DNA from: an uncultured Solirubrobacterales bacterium
Lineage (GTDB): Bacteria; Actinomycetota; Thermoleophilia; Solirubrobacterales; Solirubrobacteraceae
Direction: 5' to 3'
Length of the DNA: 64,000 nt
Assembly: GCA_963813745.1 (NCBI GenBank)
Contig: CAWEZW010000006.1
Coordinates: 39,707 to 103,706, forward strand
The notes beneath the pieces were generated by a model. That model was not told the origin of the DNA and ran no database searches. It saw only the letters and a list, made by a program, of their open reading frames with translations. The position numbers and the translations under genes are program-made. Positions 9,551 to 19,381 of this stretch are shown piece after piece (positions within the stretch are counted from its first letter, which is position 1; the number at the start of each line of letters is the position of its first letter).

Positions 9551-11411
9551 ATGGCAGTCCCGCACCATACCGCGACCACTTCCCGGCCTCAACGAGACCA
9601 CATCTTCACCGGGGGGCTTGAAAGTTCCCGCAAAAGAGACATCGTGAGCCTGGCTCTCTGCCAGATGAACGCCACGGTGGGCGACATCGCCGGCAACGCC
9701 GAGCGCATCCGCGACGGGCATGCAGCGCGCGCCCGCGAGGCCGGGGCGGATCTCGTGCTGTTCCCCGAGCTCGCGCTCACCGGCTATCCCCCCGAGGATC
9801 TGCTGCTGCGCGAGCACTTCCTCGCGGACGCGCGCGCCGCGCTTGCACGAGCTGGCCGCCGAGACGCACGGCGTGGTCGCGGTCGTCGGCTTCCCCGAGC
9901 GCGCCGAGGACGTCTACAACGCCGCCGCCGTGCTCGCCGACGGGGCGGTCCACGCGATCTACCGCAAGGTCCATCTGCCCAACTACGGCGTGTTCGACGA
10001 GCAGCGCTACTTCCAGGCCGGGCCCGGCGGGAGCGGTGATCGACCTCGGCGGGCAGCCGCATCGGGCTGACGGTCTGCGAGGACATCTGGGAGCCCGGGC
10101 CGCCGGCCACCGAGGAGGCGCTCGCCGGCGCGACGCTGATCGTCAACATCTCCGCCTCCCCCTACCACGCCGGCAAGGGCGCCGAGCGCGAGCGGATGTT
10201 CGCCGCAGCGTGCCCGCGACAACCTCGCGTGCGTCGCCTTCTGCGGGCTCGTCGGCGGCCAGGACGAGCTCGTGTTCGACGGCCACTCCTTCGTCGTCGA
10301 CCACACCGGCGAGACGATCGCGCGCGCCGCGCAGTTCCAGCGAGGAGCTGCTGCGTGTGCGACGTCGACCTGGACGGCCGCCGCGGCCGCGCGGCTGCAC
10401 GACGCCGGCCATCGCCCCGGCCGCGCGGCGCTCGCCGCGCCGGGTCGAGCTGCTGCCCGCGCTCCCCGGCCCCACGAGCGCCGAGCGCCCGTCGCCCTCC
10501 GACCGCCGCTGACCGAGCCGCTCGCGCCGGTCGAGGCCGAGGTGTATGCGGCGCTCGACGCTCGGCCTGCGCGACTACGTCGAGAAGAACGGCTTCGACG
10601 CACGTCGTGCTCGGCCTCTCCGGTGGGATCGACTCCGCGCTCGTCGCCTGCCTGGCCGTCGACGCGCTCGGCGCCGAGCGCGTGAGCGTCGCGATCATGC
10701 CCTCCCCGCTACTCCTCCTCCGCCACCCAGGACGACGCCCGCGCGCTGGCCGCCGCGCTCGGCGTGCGCACGCACGAGCTGCCGATCGAGCCGGTGATGG
10801 ACGCCTACGCCGAGACGCTCGCGCGCCGAGTTCGCCGGCACGCGCGAGCCCGATCTGACCGAGGAGAACCTCCAGGCGCGCATCCGCGGCAACCTGCTGA
10901 TGGCGCTCTCCAACAAGTTCGGCTGGCTCGTGCTGACGACCGGCAACAAGTCGGAGATGTCGGTCGGCTACACCACGCTCTACGGCGACCTCGCCGGCGG
11001 CTTCGCGGTCATCAAGGACGTGCCCAAGACGCTCGTCTACCGCCTGTGCGAGTGGCGCAACTCCCCCGCCGGCGCGATCCGGCGGTCGGCGCCAGGCCGC
11101 GCAGGCCCCGATCCCCGCCGTCGATCATCGAGCGCGCGCCCTCGGCCGAGCTGCGCCACGACCAGCGCGACGAGGACTCGCTGCCGCCCTACGAGCTGCT
11201 CGACCGCATCCTGCAGGGCTACATCGAGCTCGACCAGGGCCGCGAGCAGCTGATCGCCGAGGGACTGCCGGCGCACGAGGTCGACCGCACGATCCGGCTC
11301 GTCGACCTCGCCGAGTACAAGCGCCGCCAGGCGCCGCCCGGTATCAAGGTCACCACGCGCGCCTTCGGCCGCGACCGGCGCATGCCGATCACCAACCGCT
11401 ACCGAGGCTGA
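9551..11411 (+). CDS. nadE: Glutamine-dependent NAD+ synthetase (multiple frameshifts)
   Basis: Nitrilase domain ([27 protein letters not shown]) and synthetase motifs ([40 protein letters not shown]). Confidence 0.93.
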
Positions 11412-11413
11412 GC

Positions 11414-12008
11414 GTGCCGGCGCGTCGCGTCTCGCCTGCGCGGCTCCCACGCGCTGCTCGCGCTCGGCGCTCTGCGCGCTCGCGCTCGGCGCCTGCGGCG
11501 ACACGCTCCAGGATCAGCCGATCCCGCACAACATCCTCGAGAGCCTGCTCGTGGCTCCCTATCCCGTCTACTGGCTGGGCGGCTCCTTCCAGGGCATGGC
11601 GATCACCGAAGCCTCGCACGATCCCGAGCGGCGCGTTCAGCGTCCAGTACGGCGACTGCGTCGAGGGTGGCCAGGGCACCTGCGTCCCGCCGCTGCGGGT
11701 GGTGACCTCCCCCGACAACAGCTTCCTCCCGGGCGGCTCCACGCCCAGCCGCGGCGATCGCATCCGCGGCGTCGCGGCCGTGGTCGCCCAGGCGGGCGAG
11801 ACGATCGAGATTCCCACCGGCGGGGTGGTGGTCGGCATCTACGCCAACGAGTCCCCGCCTGGCGCGCGCCGCCGCCGCAGACGATCGTGCCGATCAACGA
11901 CATCGGCGCACCCCGGCGCGCCGCTGCCGCGCGCCGCTGCCCGACACGGGCTTTGCCGAGAGCCCCTGCCCGGCCAGATGCCAACTCCCGCTGCACGCCC
12001 TGCGCTGA
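11414..12008 (+). CDS. Putative lipoprotein (frameshifted)
   Basis: Lipobox LALGA-C-GD, then PYPVYWLG, VQYGDC...TCVPPLRV across frames. Confidence 0.6.
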
Positions 12009-12077
12009 CGATCGTCTCGACGCGGCTATGCGCACTTGCCGGCGGGCCCGGAAGGCCCGACGGCGGCGTAGCTCGCC

Positions 12078-12495
12078 TCAGGCCGCCGGCGCGGGGCGCA
12101 CGGCGATCGTCATCCGCGTCACCGCGCACAGTGCTGCCGGCGTCGTCGCTGAAGCGCACGTCCCACACCCACGTGGTGCGGCCGCGATGCAAGCGCGTCG
12201 CGTGCGCATGCACGGCGCCCTCGGTGACCGGGCGCAGGAAGCTCGTGCTGTTCGACAGGCCCATCGCCGCCTCGCCCTGCTCGAGCACCCCCAGCGCCGT
12301 GGCGAGCGAGGCCATCGACTCGGCGATCGAGGCGTAGACGCCTCCGTGGAGCAGGCCCATCGGCTGCTTGAGCTCCTCGCGCAACTGCACACGGGCGCGG
12401 ACCTCGCCGTCGGAGATGTCCACCAGCTCCAAGCCATACAGGCGGTCGAACCCGACCCTGAACTCGTTGAGCTGCTCGGCGGTCGGCGTGACCAT
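12078..12495 (-). CDS. PaaI-family thioesterase (frameshift near 12135)
   Basis: QPMGLLHGGVYASIAES, TSFLRP, HRGRTTWVWDV. Confidence 0.9.
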
Positions 12496-12529
12496 CCCGG
12501 CGCCACGATAGCCTACGAACCCTCTCCAC

Positions 12530-13297
12530 ATGAGCCGACTAGACGACCTCCCCCCCGATCAGCGCGCGGTACTGCTGCTGCTGGTCCGCCAGGGCAAGAG
12601 CCACGCCGAGATCGCGGACATGCTCGGCATTCCCCAGAGCGCAGTTCGCAACCGCGCTCGCGCGGCGCTCGACGCCCTCGCCGAGGAGCCGAGCGAGATC
12701 CACGACGCAGTCCGTGAGCCGGCGCGGGACGCCAACTTCTCCGGTTCGCTGCCCAGCTCCAGACGCGGCGGCGCGCTGCTGCTCGCGGCGATCGTCGTGA
12801 TCGTCGTGGTCGCCGTGATCCTGATCACAAGTGGCGGCAGCTCCCACAAAGCATCGAGCACCAAAACCGAATCCACCGCCGGCACCACGACCAGTACCCC
12901 GAACACCACGGCGACCTCGAGCACCTCCACGCAGGCCGGCAAGCCGACCGTCGACAAGCAGATCGCCCTCACCTCGCCCGAACCCAACAGCAAGACGGTC
13001 GGCCTGGTCGAGGTCCTATCCGAAGGCTCCAAGCGCGCCTTCTACATCGCAGCCGAACACCTGCCGCCGTCGACCGGCTTCTTCTACGCCGTGTGGCTCT
13101 ACAACTCCCCGACGAGCTCCGCACCACTGGGCAGGATCCCCCCTGTCAGCTCCAAGGGCCAGGCGCAGGGCGGCGCGCTGCTACCGGCCAACGCCGGTGA
13201 CTACCGCGAGATCCTGCTGACACGCGAGACCAACAGCAAAGCGACTCAGCCAGGGCAGGTGGTACTCAGCGGCGCTTTCAGCCTCGGCGGCCACTGA
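12530..13297 (+). CDS. Sigma-70 region 4 HTH + TM helix + RskA-like extracytoplasmic domain
   Basis: LDDLPPDQRAVL...SHAEIADMLGIPQSAVRNR; TM LLLAAIVVIVVVAVILI; C-terminal LPP...YAVWL...LLTRE...PGQVVLSG. Confidence 0.75.
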   Translation: MSRLDDLPPDQRAVLLLLVRQGKSHAEIADMLGIPQSAVRNRARAALDALAEEPSEIHDAVREPARDANFSGSLPSSRRGGALLLAAIVVIVVVAVILITSGGSSHKASSTKTESTAGTTTSTPNTTATSSTSTQAGKPTVDKQIALTSPEPNSKTVGLVEVLSEGSKRAFYIAAEHLPPSTGFFYAVWLYNSPTSSAPLGRIPPVSSKGQAQGGALLPANAGDYREILLTRETNSKATQPGQVVLSGAFSLGGH

Positions 13298-13326
13298 GCC
13301 GGACAGGCGGACACGGCCTCGCGCCG

Positions 13327-13752
13327 TCAGACCTCCAGATACCGCAGTATGACCCGCCCGAGCACCAATACGTCGCCATCCTTCAGATCCGCCTGCGTGA
13401 CGCGGTGACCGTTGACGAACGTGCCGTTGGAGCTGCGGTCGTCGAGTATGCGGGAGCCCGAGCTGCGATATACGAGGATCGCGTGGCTCCTGGAGACGGA
13501 GTCCTCATCCAAGCGCAGGTCGGCGGCTAGGCCCCGACCGATGTGTGTTACGCCACGCCCCAGTCCTATCAGCAGCCGCTGGTCAGGCCCCGGGACCTCG
13601 ATGTAACGGCCCGCCTCGGTGGGGCGTGCGGGCATCTCCCAGGGGGCCGGCATCGCATGGCGGCGCACGCGCTCGTCGAGGCATGCGATCCCATCGAAGA
13701 ACTCGGTCATGCCCTCCGCGGCGGCGGGACGGGTGAGGGTTCCAGTAGCCAT
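13327..13752 (-). CDS. FHA domain protein
   Basis: IGRG...VSRSHA...SSNGTFVNG...LKDGD. Confidence 0.9.
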   Translation of the reverse strand: MATGTLTRPAAAEGMTEFFDGIACLDERVRRHAMPAPWEMPARPTEAGRYIEVPGPDQRLLIGLGRGVTHIGRGLAADLRLDEDSVSRSHAILVYRSSGSRILDDRSSNGTFVNGHRVTQADLKDGDVLVLGRVILRYLEV

Positions 13753-13879
13753 ACCTGTAGCTAATCCCAGGGTACTCAGGCGAACCTCAACAGAGGTGAA
13801 GAAATCTCGAAGCTTTAGCGGCCCGGCGCACTCTCCTCGACCCCCGACCGATCACGCATGAGATCGCTACTCTGAAGGC

Positions 13880-14164
13880 ATGTGCGCAGGTTGTGCAATG
13901 GCAGCGGCGTCGTGCGCGACGGGCTTCAGGTCGTGGCTGCAGGCCCACAACGTCGACTGGCTGACCCCGCGCCGGCTACACGGCCTGACGGTCGGCGCGA
14001 TGTGCGCCGCGGGGCTCGTCTCGACGATCGGCGTCAGCGGCTCGACACCGGCGCCGACGCCGGGTCAGCCACCGGCAACCGCGGGCAGGATCGCTAGCTC
14101 GGCGCCGTCCGGCACAGGCGTGGCAAGCCCATCCAGGAAACGGATGTCCTCGCCCGCCAGGTAG
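13880..14164 (+). CDS. Small hypothetical membrane protein with N-terminal CxxC (3' end uncertain, overlaps the MoaD-like gene)
   Basis: TACTCT -10 six nt before the ATG; MCAGCAMAAASCATG...WLTPRRL plus a hydrophobic segment. Confidence 0.5.
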   Translation: MCAGCAMAAASCATGFRSWLQAHNVDWLTPRRLHGLTVGAMCAAGLVSTIGVSGSTPAPTPGQPPATAGRIASSAPSGTGVASPSRKRMSSPAR

Positions 14165-14340
14165 ACGTTCACGAAGCGCCGCAGTGAGCCATCCTCGTTA
14201 CAGATGCGCTCGCGCAGCTCGCCATAACGCTCATACAGGCCGTTCAAAGCCTCGGCCACAGTCTCACCCGAGACCTCGGTCTCGGCGGTGCCCTCGGCGG
14301 CGGCGCGTAGCTGCGTCGGGATCTTGACGAGCACCGCCAT
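14065..14340 (-). CDS. MoaD/ThiS/CysO-family sulfur carrier protein
   Basis: 91 aa, RRFVNVY, C-terminal PAVAGG; ATG overlaps the stop of the thrC-like gene. Confidence 0.92.
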   Translation of the reverse strand: MAVLVKIPTQLRAAAEGTAETEVSGETVAEALNGLYERYGELRERICNEDGSLRRFVNVYLAGEDIRFLDGLATPVPDGAELAILPAVAGG

Positions 14341-15612
14341 CAGACCGTCACAGTCTCGGGCACGGTGCTCTCGAACGCCTCGACGCTGGGGTCGATCTTG
14401 TAGGTCTCGAACGTGTCACGCACGGCATCGAGCGTCTTCAGGCCATCACCCGTGATCACCAGTACGACGCGCTCGTCGGGATCGATGTCGCCGCGGGCGG
14501 CGAGCTTGCAGAGCACGGCCGTCGTGACGCCCCCGGCCGTCTCGGTGAAGACGCCGGTCGTTTCGGCCAGCAGTTTGATGCCCGCTCGAATCTCCTCGTC
14601 GCTGACCGCATCGACCGAACCGCCCGTGCGGCGCGCCAGATCCAGTGCGTAGGGACCGTCGGCGGGGTTGCCGATCGCCAGCGACTTGGCGATCGTGCTC
14701 GGCTTCACCGGGCGGCAGACATCGTGGCCGGCAGCGTATGCGCTGGCCACGGGCGAGCAGCCCTCGGCCTGGGCGCCGTTCATGCGCGGCAACGGGCGGG
14801 CGGGGCTCTCGCATTAACCCGAGCTCTGTCCACTCCTGAAAGCCTCTGGCGATCTTCGTGAACAGCGACCCCGAGGCGACCGGAACCACGCAGCGGTCGG
14901 GCAGCTCCCAGCCGAGCTGCTCGGCGATCTCAAATGCCAGCGTCTTTGAGCCCTCGGCGTAGTAGGGGCGCAGGTTGATGTTCACGAACGCCCAGTCCCG
15001 CTCGGCGCACAGCTCCGTGCACAGGCGGTTGACGTCGTCGTAACTACCGTTCACGCCGACGAGCTTGGTCCCATAGATGCCCGTGGCGAGGATCTTCTGC
15101 TCCTCGAGATCCGCGGGGATGAAGACATATGACTCCATTCCCAGCGCCGCCCCGTGGGCGGCCACCGAGTTGGCGAGGTTGCCGGTCGAGGCGCATGCGA
15201 TCGTCTCGAAGCCGAGCTCGCGAGCACGTGTTACGGCGACTGACACCACCCGGTCCTTGAACGAGTGGGTCGGGTTGGCGGCGTCGTTCTTGACCCACAC
15301 CTCGCGCAGGCCCAGCCGCTCGGCGAGCCTGTCGGCGCGAATCAGCGGTGTGCACCCCGCCGGCAGCCCCACGCGCGAGGCCAGCCGGCCGGATGGCCCC
15401 GGGGGGCCGCCGGCGAGAGGCAGAAAGTCGGCGTAGCGCCAGATGTTCTGCGGACCGCCCTGGATGCGGCGGCGCAGCTCACCGACATCGAGGCTCGAGC
15501 CGCTGTGGTCATAGGCAACCTCCAGCGGCCCAAAGCACTGCTCGCAGACATACAGCGCCTCCAGCGGATACTGGGTCTTGCACTCCTTGCACTGCAGATG
15601 ACTGACAGCCAT
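14340..15612 (-). CDS. Threonine synthase-like PLP enzyme (frameshift near 14800)
   Basis: CxxC...CxxC N-terminus, NPTHSFKDR (PLP Lys), ASTGNLA, EGSKT, TGDGLK. Confidence 0.9.
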
Positions 15613-15672
15613 TGGGGCTCCTTCGCTCTAGTCTTCGCCGTGTCACGTGTGGCAAAGAGCGCGAAGCCCGCC

Positions 15673-15766
15673 ACACATCGCCTGGAATTGGCACCTTCCC
15701 GCCTGTGACTTTGACGGTGGTTGCCGGGGTTTCGTAGGGCCAGGCCCTCCACCCCTCTGGATGTGT
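15673..15766 (-). promoter_or_regulatory. SAM-I (S-box) riboswitch lacking P4
   Basis: ACACATCCAGAGGGGTGGAGGGCCTGGCCCTACGAAACCCCGGCAACC...AAGGTGCCAATTCCAGGCGATGTGT; P1 ACACAUC/GAUGUGU; promoter TTGCAT-N18-TATACT just upstream. Confidence 0.92.
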
Positions 15767-15858
15767 CCAGCAGAAGTATAGCGCGGGTAGACGGACAAAT
15801 GCAAGACGAGCACGGAAGCGTTGGTAACGCTCCCGGCGGCGTGGTGTAGGGCCTTGCG

Positions 15859-16848
15859 ATGAGCTCACCAGTGCACGAGGACGAGCGACAGGCCGCGCCG
15901 CGGGACTTCAAGCCGCTGCAGGCGGCGCGCAAGCGGCGCATGCTGATCATCGTCAACCCCTATGCCACGACGGTCTCTGACCGTCTGCGCCATCTCGTCG
16001 TTTACGCGCTGCAGGGTCGTTTCGAGGTCGATGCCGTGGACACCGAGGCCCAGGGTCATGCCACAGAGCTGTGCCGCGAGGCCGCGCACGAGGGCTATGA
16101 CGTGGTCGTCGCCTTCGGCGGCGACGGGACCGTGAACGAGGCCGCCAACGGACTACTCGGATCCTCTACCCCGCTCACCTGTCTGCCCGGCGGCTCGGCA
16201 AACGTGTTCGGCAAGATGCTCGGCATCCCCGGCGAGCTCGTCGACGCCACCGAGCACCTGCTCGCGATGGCCGATGACTGGCAAACGCGGAAAGTCGACT
16301 TGGGCGTCGTGAACGGTCGCTGCTTCACATTCGCCTCGGGGCTCGGCGTCGATGCGAGTGTCGTCGAGCGAGTGGACTCCAACCCGCGCCTGAAGGCGCG
16401 CCTGGGCGCCTACTACTTCACGTGGGCAGCGCTCACCACGTTCGCCCGTCGCTACCTCGTGCACCCGCCGCGGATGGTCGCGCACGCCGACGGGAAGACG
16501 CTCGAGGGCGTCACCACGATCGTGCAGAACGGCTCGCCCTTCACCTACTTCCAGAACCGCCCGATCGAGGTCGCCGAGGGCGCGGCGCTGGACTCGGGTG
16601 CGCTCGCGGGGTGCGTCCTGCACCGCGCGAGGCTTTTCGACATGCCCTCGATCGCCTGGCGCGCCTTCTCGCGCCACGCACGGATCGCGCGCCATAGACA
16701 CGTCTCGAGCTTCCCCGCGCTGACGGAGCTGACGGTCCAGAGCGCCGATGGGCGTCCGCTGCCGCTGCAAGTCGACGGCGACTACATCGGCGAGGTCGCC
16801 GAGGCGCGTTACTCGATCCTCCCGCGCGCACTGCACGTTGTCAGCTGA
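15859..16848 (+). CDS. Diacylglycerol kinase family lipid kinase
   Basis: IVNP, GGDGTVNEA, LPGGSANVF, QVDGD. Confidence 0.92.
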   Translation: MSSPVHEDERQAAPRDFKPLQAARKRRMLIIVNPYATTVSDRLRHLVVYALQGRFEVDAVDTEAQGHATELCREAAHEGYDVVVAFGGDGTVNEAANGLLGSSTPLTCLPGGSANVFGKMLGIPGELVDATEHLLAMADDWQTRKVDLGVVNGRCFTFASGLGVDASVVERVDSNPRLKARLGAYYFTWAALTTFARRYLVHPPRMVAHADGKTLEGVTTIVQNGSPFTYFQNRPIEVAEGAALDSGALAGCVLHRARLFDMPSIAWRAFSRHARIARHRHVSSFPALTELTVQSADGRPLPLQVDGDYIGEVAEARYSILPRALHVVS

Positions 16849-16875
16849 ATAGACCCGAGAGCCCAACGCCGGGAG

Positions 16876-19299
16876 CTACCCCACGCCGGGCGTCACTCTG
16901 TAGGCGTCGAAGACCGACTCGATGTTGCGCAGGCGCGTGACCGCACCCTTCAAAGTGTGCGTGTCGGCGACCTCGACGACGAAGCGGTTCTTGACCATCG
17001 GCGGCGTGGACAGGCAACGCGCTTCGAGAATGTTCGCGCCGGACTCGGAGAACACGCGCGAGAGATCCTCGAGCAGGCGGTGGCGATCCCACGCGTCAAT
17101 CTGGATTTCGACGACGAAGGCGGTGCTCTGGTCGCCCTCCCAGGAGACGCTCGTGAAGCGCTCGGGGTCCTTGCGCAGGACCACCGAGTTGGGGCAGTCC
17201 TCGCGATGGATCGTGATGCCGCGGCCGAGCGAGATGTAGCCGACGATCTCATCGCCCGGCACCGGCCGGCAGCACTTGGCTAGGCGCAGCATCACGTCCT
17301 CGACGCCGTCCACCCGGATTCCGTACTGGCCGGAGGACTTCGTCGGGCGCCGCCGCGCGCGCCCCACCCTCAACAGGTCGGCCGAGCTCGCCTCGCCGTC
17401 GGCGGCCTCCCCCTGCTTCAACCGCTGCATCACCTTGTTCACGACGATCTTCGGCGAGACCTTGGCGGCTCCCAAGGCGATGTAGAAATCGTCGGCCTTG
17501 CGGTAACCCATCTCTCTGATCACGTCCGCTAAAAGCGCCGAGCCGGTGATCTTCTGCGCCGGCAAGCCCTGCTTGCGCAGGTGCTCCTGCAAGAGGTCAC
17601 GCCCTGTGTGCTCGGTGTCCTGGCGGGACTCGGCCTTGAACCAGGCCTTGATCTTGTTGCGCGCACGCGTGGTCTTGACCGTCGCCAGCCAGTCGCGCGA
17701 GGGGCCGCGCTCGCGCTTGGCGGTGAGGATCTCGACGATGTCCCCGGAGTGCAACTCGCAATGCAGCGGTACGATCTTCCCGTTGATCCGCGCGCCCACG
17801 CAGCGGTGGCCGATCTCGGTGTGCACCTCGTAGGCGAAGTCCAACGGCGTGGCGCCGGCCGCGAGCGACTTGACCTCGCCCTTGGGCGTGAACACGTAGA
17901 CCTCGTCCTCGAACAGGTCGGTGCGCAGCGTCTCCATGAACTCCTGCGGGTCGAGCAGGTCCTTCTGCCAGTCGAGCATCGAGCGCAGCCACTGCAGCTT
18001 TGCGTCCTCGCCTGTGTTGATCGGAACCCCGCCGGCCCCGCTGCCGCGTTCGCCCGAGCCGCCCGGGGCCCCCGGGGCGCTCTGGCCGGGGCTCGTCTTG
18101 TACATCCAGTGCGCGGCCACGCCGAACTCGGCCATTTCGTGCATCTCCTGGGTGCGCAGCTGGATCTCCAGGGGCCGGCCCTCGGGCCCGATGATCGTCG
18201 TGTGCAGTGACTGGTACATGTTGAACTTGGGCATCGCGATGAAATCCTTGAAGCGGCCGGGCAGCGGCTTCCACAGCGAGTGGATCACGCCGACGGTCCC
18301 GTAGCAGTCCTTCACCGAGTCGACGATCACGCGCATCGCGGTCAGGTCGTAGATCTCGTTGAACTCGCGGCCCTTCTTGGTCATCTTCGAGTAGATCGAG
18401 TAGAAGTGCTTGGCGCGGCCCGCGATCCGCGCCTCGATCCCCAACTCCGCCAGCTCGCGCGCCAGGTACTCGCCGGCCTCTGCGACGTAGCGCTCGCGCT
18501 CGTCGCGTTGCTGGGCGACGAGGCCCTTGATCTCTTGGTACTTGCGGGGATGCAGGGTCGCGAAGGCGAGGTCCTCGAGCTCCCACTTGATCGCGTGAAT
18601 CCCCAGCCGGTGGGCCAGCGGCGCGTAGATGTCGAGCGTCTCGCGCGCCTTCTCGATCTGCTTCTGCTTGGGCATCGCGTCGATCGTGCGCATGTTGTGC
18701 AAGCGGTCGGCGAGCTTGATCAGGATCACCCGCACGTCAGTGGCCATCGCGACCATCATCTTGCGGTAGTTCTCCGCCTGCGCCTCATCACGCGACTGGA
18801 AGACGATCCCGGTCAGCTTCGTCACGCCGTCGACGATCTGTGCGATCTCATCGCCGAAGCGCTCGCGCACCTCCTCAATCGAGGCCGAGGTGTCCTCCAC
18901 CGTGTCGTGCAGGAGCGCCGCGCACAGCGTCTCGGTGTCCAGGCGCATGCCCGCGCAGATGCGCGCCACGCCGACGGGGTGCACGATGAAGTCCTCGCCG
19001 GACTTGCGCCGCTGATCCGCGTGGTGCTCGCAGGCGAACACGAACGCGTCGCGCACGCGATCGCGGTCGATTTCAACCGCCGAGTCCTCGGCATGCTCGG
19101 AGACGATCGCGAACAGATCGCCGAGCAGCCGCCGCTCGAGCTCGTTCAGATCCAGACGCTCGTCGGCGCCAGGGACCGCGGCGGCCTCGGGCGGGCCGAG
19201 GCGCTTTGGCGCTCCTGTGACAACCACGCCCTCAGGCGACACGGGAAGCTCGTCCAGCTCAGCGACAGGCAGGCTCTTGGAATCCTTTGCGATCGCCAT
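16876..19299 (-). CDS. rel: Bifunctional (p)ppGpp synthetase/hydrolase Rel
   Basis: HD hydrolase (LLHDTVED, KLADRLHN), synthetase (RFKD, YQSLHT, EIQLRT), TGS, ZFD and ACT domains. Confidence 0.97.
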   Translation of the reverse strand: MAIAKDSKSLPVAELDELPVSPEGVVVTGAPKRLGPPEAAAVPGADERLDLNELERRLLGDLFAIVSEHAEDSAVEIDRDRVRDAFVFACEHHADQRRKSGEDFIVHPVGVARICAGMRLDTETLCAALLHDTVEDTSASIEEVRERFGDEIAQIVDGVTKLTGIVFQSRDEAQAENYRKMMVAMATDVRVILIKLADRLHNMRTIDAMPKQKQIEKARETLDIYAPLAHRLGIHAIKWELEDLAFATLHPRKYQEIKGLVAQQRDERERYVAEAGEYLARELAELGIEARIAGRAKHFYSIYSKMTKKGREFNEIYDLTAMRVIVDSVKDCYGTVGVIHSLWKPLPGRFKDFIAMPKFNMYQSLHTTIIGPEGRPLEIQLRTQEMHEMAEFGVAAHWMYKTSPGQSAPGAPGGSGERGSGAGGVPINTGEDAKLQWLRSMLDWQKDLLDPQEFMETLRTDLFEDEVYVFTPKGEVKSLAAGATPLDFAYEVHTEIGHRCVGARINGKIVPLHCELHSGDIVEILTAKRERGPSRDWLATVKTTRARNKIKAWFKAESRQDTEHTGRDLLQEHLRKQGLPAQKITGSALLADVIREMGYRKADDFYIALGAAKVSPKIVVNKVMQRLKQGEAADGEASSADLLRVGRARRRPTKSSGQYGIRVDGVEDVMLRLAKCCRPVPGDEIVGYISLGRGITIHREDCPNSVVLRKDPERFTSVSWEGDQSTAFVVEIQIDAWDRHRLLEDLSRVFSESGANILEARCLSTPPMVKNRFVVEVADTHTLKGAVTRLRNIESVFDAYRVTPGVG

Positions 19300-19381
19300 C
19301 TTCTAAGGGTAGGGGACGGACACCCTGAATTGAAGCGGTGCAGGCACCGCCGACGGATCCCACGGCGCAGGAGCGCGGCAC

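Noticed and set aside
8054-10039. 661-aa apparent WS/DGAT-NadE fusion
   Set aside because: Product of frameshifts and stop-poor GC-rich frames; nadE has its own -10 and start at 9551.
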